DNA of 64,000 nt from Auanema rhodensis (GCA_964057225.1 OZ059900.1:26536001-26600000); one strand, 5' to 3'; positions 40,701 through 48,767 are shown, counted from the stretch's first letter. A program made the numbers and translations. The notes: generated by a model not told the origin, from the sequence alone.

Positions 40701-43700
40701 CACATCGTATAAGAGCGTATTGTTTTGGTTGTAGTTCTTTTGCCAATTGTAGACGAATCATAGCTTTAGTTCGGGGTGGAATAATAGATTCTCTAATGTT
40801 TATAATTGAAACGGTGTCTGAACTGATGCGAAAGCTCTTCTGGTTAGCGGATAATAATGGTAGAAAATGGTTTCCAACTATTAATTGCTTGCGTAGAGCT
40901 TGTAGAGAAGTTGTTATTCCTTTTTCTTCTAATGCTTTCATGATGTCCAAACCAAGTAACATTTCAGTAGGACAATGTTTATCCTCAGAGATTAAAAATG
41001 TGTGTGAAAGATGGTATCCAGCAATAACAATGTCCAACATTATTGTACCCAGAAAGTTGAATATTGATCCATTTGCTGCGGTGGCAGAGATTTTAGTTGA
41101 GTTGAAATTCTCTTTTCCTAAATAGCGTACTGATGATTCCTTCAAATATGAAACAGATGCTCCGCTATCCCATAAAGCTACGAGTCCTCTGCCTTCTGCT
41201 TCGATTCTTATATATGGGAGTTCTCTTTTGTTTGTTGCACAGCATCCAACAAAAGGTATAATAATAGGAATAAAAGTGATGACAGTAGGAAAATATCTTC
41301 GAATAGTTTCGTCGTCGGCTGGAACATCGATGTCAGCGTTGAGTAGTTCGTGTTGTTCAACTGCATTCACATTTAAGATAGGAACTTTCTCTTTGATATA
41401 AGATACAACAATAATGTATAATGCTGATCCAAAGATTAATATAACTATCATAACACCTGCAGAGATAAACATTCTGTTGAGGGATCCAGCAAAGAAATCA
41501 ACTCCTCGTTCCCATAGTGATGATGCAATATTTTGAGTAGAACTAAAAAGTTCGTTACTTTTTGTAAACCATTCTGATAAGCCTGGCAAATTCGCTTGAT
41601 TCGTGATAACTCGTAGAAAATTTCTATGAGGATTGGTAGCGAAAATGTGTCCATATGTTAAGCTTATTGTTCTAACTAAGTTTTCATCGGTGATATTTTC
41701 ATAAAGATTTCTTTGTGAAAATCGAATGGCTGCTAGATCGGGATACTGATCTGAACCAATGTTTAAAGCAGTTACGTTTGTAACTCCGTTGAGGGATTTC
41801 CATTCTCCATCCTCTTTCCATATATCATTTTCTACTGTTTCACATGGAATTTCAGTTCCATATGCTTCCAAATCTGCTGAATCTTGAGGTGCAAAGTAGA
41901 GGCGGTCATCATCCGTGATGACGGGTGTTTCTAAATAACACTTATCTTTGTATGTGTGGTTGCGATAAATGTGAATTGGTTCTATTGGCTGACAGGTTGA
42001 AACCCGAATAAGATTCCGTCCAATTATTCGAGCCACTACATCATCTCGTTGCATAATAGATCGGATAGCAATCGTAGGATTGATATTAAATATAGCTTGC
42101 CATGTCTTAATAAGTTCAAGTTGAGCATGACATATGCTGTGATGTTGATGATGAAATTCTTCGACCAGTATGGTTCTCATTCGTTCAAATCCATAGTTGA
42201 GTTTGTTGATGGTAGTTAATGCATCTCGATGTCGAAGTATAGTATTCTGGTGATCAGTTAAGTGAGTGCCGAATAATTCTTGAGCTTTCTCTATGCTTCC
42301 AATCATGGGTTGCATTGATGTCATCCCTTGAATAGTACTAATTGTTTGTTTTGTAGTAGATGATGTATTTACAACAGGTTTTGAGGTAGCACTAAGAAAT
42401 CGTGCAGTTGGCGTAGTTTTAGTGGTGATAGAGCGACTGAATACTCTTTTTGTAATCTCTTCAGGTGCTGGTTTTGAAAACCATGACATTAAATCAGTTA
42501 ATTGTTTAGCGTCAATATTGATGTTACGGCTGTAGAGATCTTCTTTATTCGAAGGCATCGGTATTCCAAAATTGGTTTCTCGGTTTCTGAGTGTCCAGTT
42601 ATCCAACAGCTTTAATTTCATTTCATATACTTGATCTTTCACTTGTCGTTGCATAAAATGACTATGAAAGAACAGTTTCATTCGATAATATTCTATCAGT
42701 TGAGGTTGAGAATACTGATAGCGTAGTTCACGAAGTAATTCTTTTGCTTTATATACCACAGAACGTGGATCTCCAAATGTGAAGTTGAGATGGTTTTGAT
42801 ATACTGTGAATATCAAAAATTCGAGTGGTGGCACATATTCTGTTTCGGATAAGATTGCAGGTATTTGTATCAATTCCCATAATTTATCTCTTGCAACCGA
42901 AATTGTAGAATTGCCTGGTTTAACTATTCTTTTTATATAATTGATAGGAAGTCGGTGTGCTAGTTGACCGATGACAAAACTAGGCTCCATTTGTTCGATC
43001 CACATTTTTGTAATCATCTTGCTTTCTTCTCCTCCTAGAGCATGTAGTAAGAGAATATTCGGATCGCGGAAGTCTTTTAAATTTGCCCAGTAATCTATAG
43101 TATGATCAGTAATGTTCAAAATATGGACAGCTGACAGCAAAAATTGATGATATCGAGCAATAACAGTCAGGTTCTGATATTCGTTGCTAACTGATTGATA
43201 GTGATACCAGTTATGAATATATCGTATGGTATTTCCGCCAGACGTGACAGTATATCTAGCAAACGGTAGATCCAATATTTGAATAGGAGTTAACTTATAT
43301 TCCATTTCTGAGCGAAATGACGCAATTAAGGATGAATTTGTTGAACGTTTATAGCGTTGGCGTGAAGGATCCATTTGATTATCCAAATAACTTGTTAGAT
43401 CCAGTAGAGAATATGCATGCGGATAATCAATAAACGAGACAAGAGTCTCAGTAGTGGATTCAAAAATTGGTGAAGAAAAACAAGATTGAGTTGTAGTAGA
43501 TGCTGAGGTGTTGGCTAAGACAAGTGCTGTTTCTAGACTTGATATTAGCAGTGTTTGATCTCCAAGTATTCCATACAGAGGTCCAATACGTGTGTATTGG
43601 CATGGTGCTCGGGGTGTGGGTGGTTTCCAAACTACTGAACCATCTCCAAATGTACAGCTTCCCATTTGAGCTTTACAGCCTTCGGCGTTGACAATTAAGT

Positions 43701-45165
43701 CAGATACAATAGTATTGTCCTTTAAATTTGTAATAACTCCTCGCTCCATCACAAATTGAGTTAAGTTGGCGCATTGAGTAAAACTGAAGAAACGTTCCGG
43801 TTCATATACTGGCTTAGGAGCTTCATATGTAAGTGGATTAGCGCTCAACAGTTTTTCATTTTTCCATTTCTTGTCTCGAGCAGCTATACGGCATTCTTCT
43901 ACAGATACATATCCATTACCAATGATGGTGTCATTGCTTTCTCGGAACCAAAATTGATCCGTTACACATAATCGATAGATGCGTGTATAACATTTCCACG
44001 CTTCCCATGTTACGACGGTTTGTTTAGGAATGAACAATTCAACGTTAACTTGATGAGCTTGTTGAATTGCTTTCCGTTGGCATCCTGTTATCTCTGGTGG
44101 TGTCATCAGAATTCCTCCTTTATGAGCTAAACATAGTTGATATGAAGCATTCACAGTGGGAAGCAGAAATGTGCAGATTATTGTTGTGAGCAGGAATGGT
44201 AATGCAATAGTATTTATATTGAATCGAGGTTTCCATCGTCGTTGATTGCCTTGATTCTCTCTTGGATAATTGTCGCGATTATTCCTGGCAAAGTTGTCTC
44301 GATTTTCTCTTTGATAATTGTTGCGAGGTTCTCTCGAATGGTGATTACTCTCCATTGAGTAGTTGTTTCCATAATTTTGTCGAGGGCCAGAGTTCCTGCT
44401 GAATTTATTTTTGAAATTCTTCCAAGGGTTTCTTGAATTGTTGCCATTGTTCCGTTCGAAATCTCGTGGCTGCTGATGGTTCCTTTGGTTCCTATTTTCC
44501 TTCATGGTGATCTTCTGAACTGCAGAGATCAACTCTTGCATAGTTGAGTTTTCTTCATGCTGTTTTTTATAGTTAGCACGAATTGCTTCTTCAAAACGTG
44601 CTGTCCTTTTTGCTTCCTCATAAGTCTTCGGATCTTTTCCTTGAACAATTATGCCTAAATCAGCGTTCAATCCATTTAAGAAAGCTGATCTTAATATGAG
44701 CTCTCTTTCTCGATCAGTTGGGCTCATAATACTGGAAGCCATTTCTTCCAAGTATGAGGCAAACTGAGTAACAGTTTTCTCTCCTTGCGTCGAGCGTAGC
44801 AACTTCGCGATCGTGAAATTCCTTTCCGTGGCAGGGCAAAGTAACTCTGCCAATTGTGAAACAAGGTCTTTCCAAGGTCCTCGTTCACGAATTTCGGAAG
44901 GAATCGAGTTATATGCAGAGATCGCAGAATCATTCTGCTGAAGCAGCAGAGGAAGAAGAAAAATTCTTTCAATTACAGAAAGTCCCGCAGCATTCGCGAA
45001 TCGGTTAAATATATCGATGTACGATTGAAAGCTTCGGCTACCATCGTATTTGGGGCAGTGTGGACTGTCTAGAACTTTTGTTAAGTTTTTGGTCAACTCT
45101 GGAGATGCCATTAAATTAGGCGTTTCCAGAGTTGAATCTCTGTTTGATTGCTCATGTGGTCTCAC
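37708..45165 (-). CDS. Gag-Env-Pol polyprotein: capsid, class III fusion glycoprotein, aspartic protease, RT, RNase H, integrase
   Basis: Gag motifs PKYDGS and AFLNGL; signal peptide 44211-44146; furin site RYKR; TM 41472-41395; protease LWDSGAS (41161-41169); RT YLDD (39856-39867); RNase H SDAS/ELE/TDH; integrase HHCC, D-D-E and GPF. The codon at 45165 is GTG in this copy, and the first ATG is at 45111. Confidence 0.95.
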   Translation of the reverse strand: MRPHEQSNRDSTLETPNLMASPELTKNLTKVLDSPHCPKYDGSRSFQSYIDIFNRFANAAGLSVIERIFLLPLLLQQNDSAISAYNSIPSEIRERGPWKDLVSQLAELLCPATERNFTIAKLLRSTQGEKTVTQFASYLEEMASSIMSPTDRERELILRSAFLNGLNADLGIIVQGKDPKTYEEAKRTARFEEAIRANYKKQHEENSTMQELISAVQKITMKENRNQRNHQQPRDFERNNGNNSRNPWKNFKNKFSRNSGPRQNYGNNYSMESNHHSREPRNNYQRENRDNFARNNRDNYPRENQGNQRRWKPRFNINTIALPFLLTTIICTFLLPTVNASYQLCLAHKGGILMTPPEITGCQRKAIQQAHQVNVELFIPKQTVVTWEAWKCYTRIYRLCVTDQFWFRESNDTIIGNGYVSVEECRIAARDKKWKNEKLLSANPLTYEAPKPVYEPERFFSFTQCANLTQFVMERGVITNLKDNTIVSDLIVNAEGCKAQMGSCTFGDGSVVWKPPTPRAPCQYTRIGPLYGILGDQTLLISSLETALVLANTSASTTTQSCFSSPIFESTTETLVSFIDYPHAYSLLDLTSYLDNQMDPSRQRYKRSTNSSLIASFRSEMEYKLTPIQILDLPFARYTVTSGGNTIRYIHNWYHYQSVSNEYQNLTVIARYHQFLLSAVHILNITDHTIDYWANLKDFRDPNILLLHALGGEESKMITKMWIEQMEPSFVIGQLAHRLPINYIKRIVKPGNSTISVARDKLWELIQIPAILSETEYVPPLEFLIFTVYQNHLNFTFGDPRSVVYKAKELLRELRYQYSQPQLIEYYRMKLFFHSHFMQRQVKDQVYEMKLKLLDNWTLRNRETNFGIPMPSNKEDLYSRNINIDAKQLTDLMSWFSKPAPEEITKRVFSRSITTKTTPTARFLSATSKPVVNTSSTTKQTISTIQGMTSMQPMIGSIEKAQELFGTHLTDHQNTILRHRDALTTINKLNYGFERMRTILVEEFHHQHHSICHAQLELIKTWQAIFNINPTIAIRSIMQRDDVVARIIGRNLIRVSTCQPIEPIHIYRNHTYKDKCYLETPVITDDDRLYFAPQDSADLEAYGTEIPCETVENDIWKEDGEWKSLNGVTNVTALNIGSDQYPDLAAIRFSQRNLYENITDENLVRTISLTYGHIFATNPHRNFLRVITNQANLPGLSEWFTKSNELFSSTQNIASSLWERGVDFFAGSLNRMFISAGVMIVILIFGSALYIIVVSYIKEKVPILNVNAVEQHELLNADIDVPADDETIRRYFPTVITFIPIIIPFVGCCATNKRELPYIRIEAEGRGLVALWDSGASVSYLKESSVRYLGKENFNSTKISATAANGSIFNFLGTIMLDIVIAGYHLSHTFLISEDKHCPTEMLLGLDIMKALEEKGITTSLQALRKQLIVGNHFLPLLSANQKSFRISSDTVSIINIRESIIPPRTKAMIRLQLAKELQPKQYALIRCGNGPIQFTPTAIKTSPLTIFAINTANYEVKLTGNTIIGKGKIAEEIGIPHIPDYIPPEADWSDKLPIFEKNPFDNLKFESTDLSKNQRQNLKTMLRRFKNAFFNEDRNIGLFKGPIEHSITLRTDMDLPKSRSYRVPLGKQDEVERQVKEMLDQGVIETSTSSFTSPVVLVKKKDNSFRFVTDFRALNSVTQKQTYSIPHIPEIIDSTAGARYFTNIDLVSGFFQIPLREEDRHLTAFVTSSGVYQYCRMPMGLCGAPHTFQSAVRYLQNQVKCRLFVYLDDLLIISNTAEQHLEDIEEVLQALQGLGMKAKLSKCKFAATQVKFLGFIIGRDGIQPDPSKITAVMKFPTPKTVTAIRSFLGMTNYFRRFIRDYAKIAEPLYQLTHKDQDFEWTEEREKAFETLKKALCTAPVLKPPTNGAPFVIESDASTIAIGAVLLQDTGNGLHPVAFASRKLSPTERKYPPIELEALALVYALQQFRTYVLGTSTKLITDHRPLTSLMSRRDLIGRLAKYQLMIQEYDIVIMYRPGRMNSVCDALSRYIGNEANDGPKPKLQKTTPTTSLTDIQETINYLINVTNVETLDTDKLIQLQQGTPWIKETIADMLTEQPKQINSDRYIVIDGVLHARPNKQYLSPRIMIPKQKTLNQVLAKLFHEDARIGAHQGIKRTHAALSRRFHWTNMMEDAKEIVSQCLTCAKRKINQHDTTREPYGKFVTPQKPFDRIHMDVTGPFSPSTNGFKYILSIQDAFSKWITSIPLRTQNAEETVRKFLTNFVFIFGPPVSIVSDNGGNFISKEFKLMCNEFGIVQTFSLPYHKNTNGQVERLHRTIQECLSTCAENRVSQWASQLPKITFALNTIPSTTTGISPYIALFGRDARLPMDRQLPGQPHLNSPEDDELLERNENRKNTWDSIQEKIQLKSIEQQNRLNNSNRIASRIFEIGEMVLLKDMTVHGKLRPTYNGPFKITGVYNSYVELEMSQGKMRKVHKDLIKKLAATL
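41395..44211 (-). other. Env domain within the polyprotein: class III (herpes gB / chuvirus G-like) fusogen, about 940 aa
   Basis: Signal peptide, Cys-rich ectodomain, N-glycosylation sequons, furin site, the pattern C..INPT.AIR....DVVARIIG....VSTC...CY..TPV...GTEIPC resembling gB domains III/IV, and a C-terminal TM. Confidence 0.8.
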
Positions 45166-46219
45166 GTTGAGTAGGAGCTTCAGAGGTAGTTTTTCGCGCT
45201 GGGGAATTTTTTTCTTTTTTCGCTGTTACAGCCAAGTGTGTTGGCGTTTTTTCGTCGTCCGATGGACTTAAATCGTTGTCAAACGAGTCGTCACTATCGG
45301 GAAAAGGAAATCGAGAAATACGATTTCTCTTGTCTCTTAATCTTTGAGAGGTACGGAAAGGCGTATCCGTATAATTATTCTTGGAGGTTGCCGTTTTGGA
45401 AAAGGAGGAAAGTCAGAACAATCTACAATGTAAAATAGTGGAATAAGTTAGTAAACAAGATAAGAATATGAATAGTTAATAGTGAATAAATTAGTGAATA
45501 ACGTGAAAAAAAAATCGAAGAAAAAAAAGATATATAATAATATGGGTTGAAGATTAATTAATTAATGAACTCATACAAAAACAAACTATTGAGAGGAAAA
45601 AAAAAGTGAATATAATTAATTGTTAAGATGATGATAGGATATGATTATGTGACAATGTGATTCATAAATTAGAGAAGTGAGTATGGCGGACAAATCAAAA
45701 TCTCAATTGTTACTGAATAACAATGAATTACCAAACAAGGCATCTTTCAAATTCCAAAGTCTTTGTTTCAACTTGAATCAACAATCAAAAAATTATGAGA
45801 GGAAGGTTTAAATTCAAATATGACAAATGATACAGCGGATGTTATTTTCTTACAGTGGCCATTCTGTTAGTACAAACTTGTAATCTTTATCAAAAATATC
45901 GCAAATTGACTTTATTAAGGTCCAATTTTGCTTATATCAAACAGCTTTTCCATTTCCAAAAAAATATATTTTTCGCCACAATGAAAAATCAAAAGTACAA
46001 CTGCGCAGAAACAAAAAGAAATCGAAAAGTTGGCCAATTCAGTATCTCACCCTTGCGCAAAATATCAACCCTGTTTATTAAAAAAATGAGTGAGACCCTT
46101 CGTACTGAATTGGAAAGAGAGGTGGTAGCCCAGGGAAATAGCTCAAAAAAATAAATTCTCTTTAACTGAATGATAATTCATAATTTAATCGAGTTCGAAA
46201 AATCGTAAAAAGATTCTAA

Positions 46220-46232
46220 GGTGGAACCTCCA
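46220..46232 (-). promoter_or_regulatory. Primer-binding site, tRNA-Gln
   Basis: TGGAGGTTCCACC abutting the 5' LTR. Confidence 0.85.
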
Positions 46233-46631
46233 TGTAATATCCTTAAGTTGGATATTAATATTCCATGATTGACCCTTAGATTGATGTGTTGTAAAAGAAA
46301 CAATAAGATTTGAGGAAGAGAGAAAGATTTATTATAAATAAAAAACATTTAAACAATAAACAAATAAAGATAAAGATAAGTCCGCCAACTGAAGATTCAG
46401 TTGAATGGCAAGCTTATATAGCGAATGTTATCAGCATTTTCCACGAAAGGTTATAAGTTGTCAATGACAATTATAACTATCTCGGAAAATGCTGAAGCTG
46501 CAAAATATAACTGATAACATAATACACTAAGACAAGAAACTAGAATTATAAAATATAAAATATAAAACACAGAATAAAGAAATACATAAAAATTATAGAA
46601 AGAATAAAGTACATAATTATAAAGTATAACA
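46233..46631 (-). repeat. 5' LTR of copy 2
   Basis: No difference from 37252-37650 found by eye. Confidence 0.97.
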
Positions 46632-47358
46632 CATTAAATTTTGTATTTCATATCGTTCTTATCGAATTAACCTTCGATATGTGTTCCATTAAATTTTGGT
46701 ATTTCATATCGTTCTTATCGAATTAACTTTCGATATGTGTTCCATTGAATTACCCATAACAAGTACGGTGAATAAATTTATCTACATGCAAAAATTTTAT
46801 TGATCTTCAAAAATACAAATAAAATAGTACAAACACAATACAATAAAAAATAAACAAAATAAGTAAACAAACATTATTAATAAATATAATAAAGAAATAA
46901 ATAAAATTTAAAAACAAATTTATATATTTAAAATTTAAACATAATTTATATATATAAAATTTGAAGTTAATTTAAATATTTAAAGTTTAAATATAATTTA
47001 TATATATATAATTTAAATATAATTTAAATATTTAAAGTTTAAATATAATTTTAAATTAAGATTTTTATTTTTACTTAATATATTTAAAAATAATTAAAAA
47101 TATATACATACATTTGAAAAAGCATATTTAAATATGATTAAAAAAAAAATCATGCTTTAAATCATGACTTTTATATTTAAAAAAGGAAAATCCATGAACC
47201 ATGATCCCAAAATATGATTTTAACAGCTGACGCTCAAAAATATGTTTTTGACAGCTGACGCGCCCCAAAAGTATGTTTTTAGCAGCTGACGCCCCCAAAA
47301 GTATGTTTTTAGCAACTGTTTGGGGGCGTGGTTAGTAAATTTTGCACGGCTCTCTACT

Positions 47359-47537
47359 CACCTCCTACTGAATTTGGTAAAATGATTGCCAAAACATTTA
47401 ATCCTATTCGTTATGTACCAATCACTAGACAAACACTCGATACCATACGTATTGAAATTTTAGATGAATTTGGTCGTCCTATGCAATTTAATTATGGTTC
47501 TACAGTTGTTACATTGCATGTTAAAAATATGAAATAA
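47359..47537 (+). pseudogene. Minor capsid C-terminal fragment fused to the TIR end
   Basis: Reverse complement of 34094-34272 (PPTEFGK...KNM). Further copies at 51864-52042, 52705-52850 and 33286-33431. Confidence 0.9.
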
Positions 47538-47542
47538 ACGTT

Positions 47543-48007
47543 TTATTCAACAGTTATACAATACCACATTTTTATTTTCGAAGGTTTAAAAGATAGTTTA
47601 GGACAGTTTTGTTTGTCGCTCGGCTCGTGTTGTGAATGTTCTCCGTCACTATTGCTGCGGCATCTTTTTGATTGGGTTGAATGTACAAACTCCTCAGCTT
47701 TTTCAAAGGGTTTGCTGGTATCATTTCCATCACCATCTTCACCATTCGTTCCATTATTATTATGAATACGCCGAATATGACGCTCACAACTGAATCTTGT
47801 TCCAAAAGTTTCACTACAATGAGGGCACAAACGTCTACGAACACCATCCAAATGTCCATATTTTTGAATAAAGTCAGCATTGCTGATATAATTGTTACAT
47901 ACGGGTTGAATCCCTGCATGCCTTTTCAAAACGTGATCACTAAAATGCTTGGTTGAAGAAAATATTTCCTTGCATGTACCACAATATTTGTTACATAAAA
48001 GTTCCAT
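47543..48007 (-). CDS. C2H2 zinc-finger protein, copy 2 (native upstream context)
   Basis: Same protein as 33624-34088. ATG at 48007. Confidence 0.8.
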   Translation of the reverse strand: MELLCNKYCGTCKEIFSSTKHFSDHVLKRHAGIQPVCNNYISNADFIQKYGHLDGVRRRLCPHCSETFGTRFSCERHIRRIHNNNGTNGEDGDGNDTSKPFEKAEEFVHSTQSKRCRSNSDGEHSQHEPSDKQNCPKLSFKPSKIKMWYCITVE

Positions 48008-48048
48008 TAGAGGAAAATGAAAAACGACAACACGCAATCAACCCACTT

Positions 48049-48219
48049 TTATATAATGAGCAATAATATGACTAGTGTTGTACAAAAGCCCAATCCCAAT
48101 GCTATACCTTTAATAAATGGCACTGAAATACATTTCAACATTCTCCTGTATAAAGGCGCTGGTTTAGATTGCTCCAACGTGTATTTGACACATAATTCAC
48201 AGTGACAAGGAATATTCAT
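48049..48219 (-). CDS. Small putative tail-anchored membrane protein (56 aa)
   Basis: MNIPCHCELC... with hydrophobic C-terminus GIALGLGFCTTLVILLLII. Fills the gap between protease and ZnF in the same orientation. Confidence 0.5.
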   Translation of the reverse strand: MNIPCHCELCVKYTLEQSKPAPLYRRMLKCISVPFIKGIALGLGFCTTLVILLLII

Positions 48220-48260
48220 AACTGACCACGTAATGTAGCAGGTTATTAATGACAAATTTC

Positions 48261-48716
48261 TTATATAGTAGCCAATTTATAGTCGAATACTTTATGCATA
48301 AACGCTTTAACAAAGACATCATCATTTTTCAATAGTTTAAAAAATGAACAAATGCTTTCAAATGAATTACCAGCCGACAACATTAGTATTACAAATACCA
48401 CGTAGCCACCACAAGTGTATTCAATTAAACGTTGTGGTTTGCAAGTATTAATTTTTACCTTTTTATATTTAGCCAGATAATTTTGAATGTACTTGTTCAT
48501 TTTATATCCCAAGCTACAGAAAAAATAGGCTTGCTTGTTACGGACAAAGATGACCTGCCAATGTGTGCCTGGCTTATCATGTGTGTCAGTATTTACGACA
48601 AGTGCAAAGTTTTTACGACGCGTTTTGGGTAGAGTATCAGCGCTATATACACCGAGGAATAGTTTCCGAGTGCTGGGGACAGATTGCAATAGTGATACTA
48701 TTTCAGACGAATAGAT
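48261..48716 (-). CDS. Adenain-like (C5/Ulp1 clan) cysteine maturation protease, possibly inactivated
   Basis: FLGVYSAD.LP, VVNTD..DKPGTHW and Q..TCGGY motifs. FCSLG replaces the usual FDSxG. No N-terminal ATG. Confidence 0.88.
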   Translation of the reverse strand: MYSSEIVSLLQSVPSTRKLFLGVYSADTLPKTRRKNFALVVNTDTHDKPGTHWQVIFVRNKQAYFFCSLGYKMNKYIQNYLAKYKKVKINTCKPQRLIEYTCGGYVVFVILMLSAGNSFESICSFFKLLKNDDVFVKAFMHKVFDYKLATI

Positions 48717-48767
48717 TTTAGTAGAATGATCTAGTGTAACTTTTGTATTGCGCGCGTGCGGTTCGAT

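Larger units (their letters stand above)
37252..46631 (-). mobile_element. Complete Ty3/Gypsy LTR retroelement / endogenous virus with Gag-Env-Pol polyprotein, copy 2 (9380 bp)
   Basis: Two 399-bp LTRs that appear identical, 4-bp TSD CATT (37248-37251 and 46632-46635), tRNA-Gln PBS, and PR-RT-RH-IN order. Confidence 0.97.
37135..47358 (-). repeat. Full-length Polinton TIR copy A (~0.85 kb), interrupted by the LTR element at 37252-46631
   Basis: 37135-37251 plus 46636-47358 align with 50917-51863. Includes the 55/56-bp minisatellite, an AT-rich tract and the terminal CTCTCTACT. Confidence 0.8.

Noticed and set aside
38464-45438. Short plus-strand and alternative-frame ORFs overlapping the polyprotein
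   Set aside because: Shadow ORFs, mostly with non-ATG starts and no recognisable motifs.
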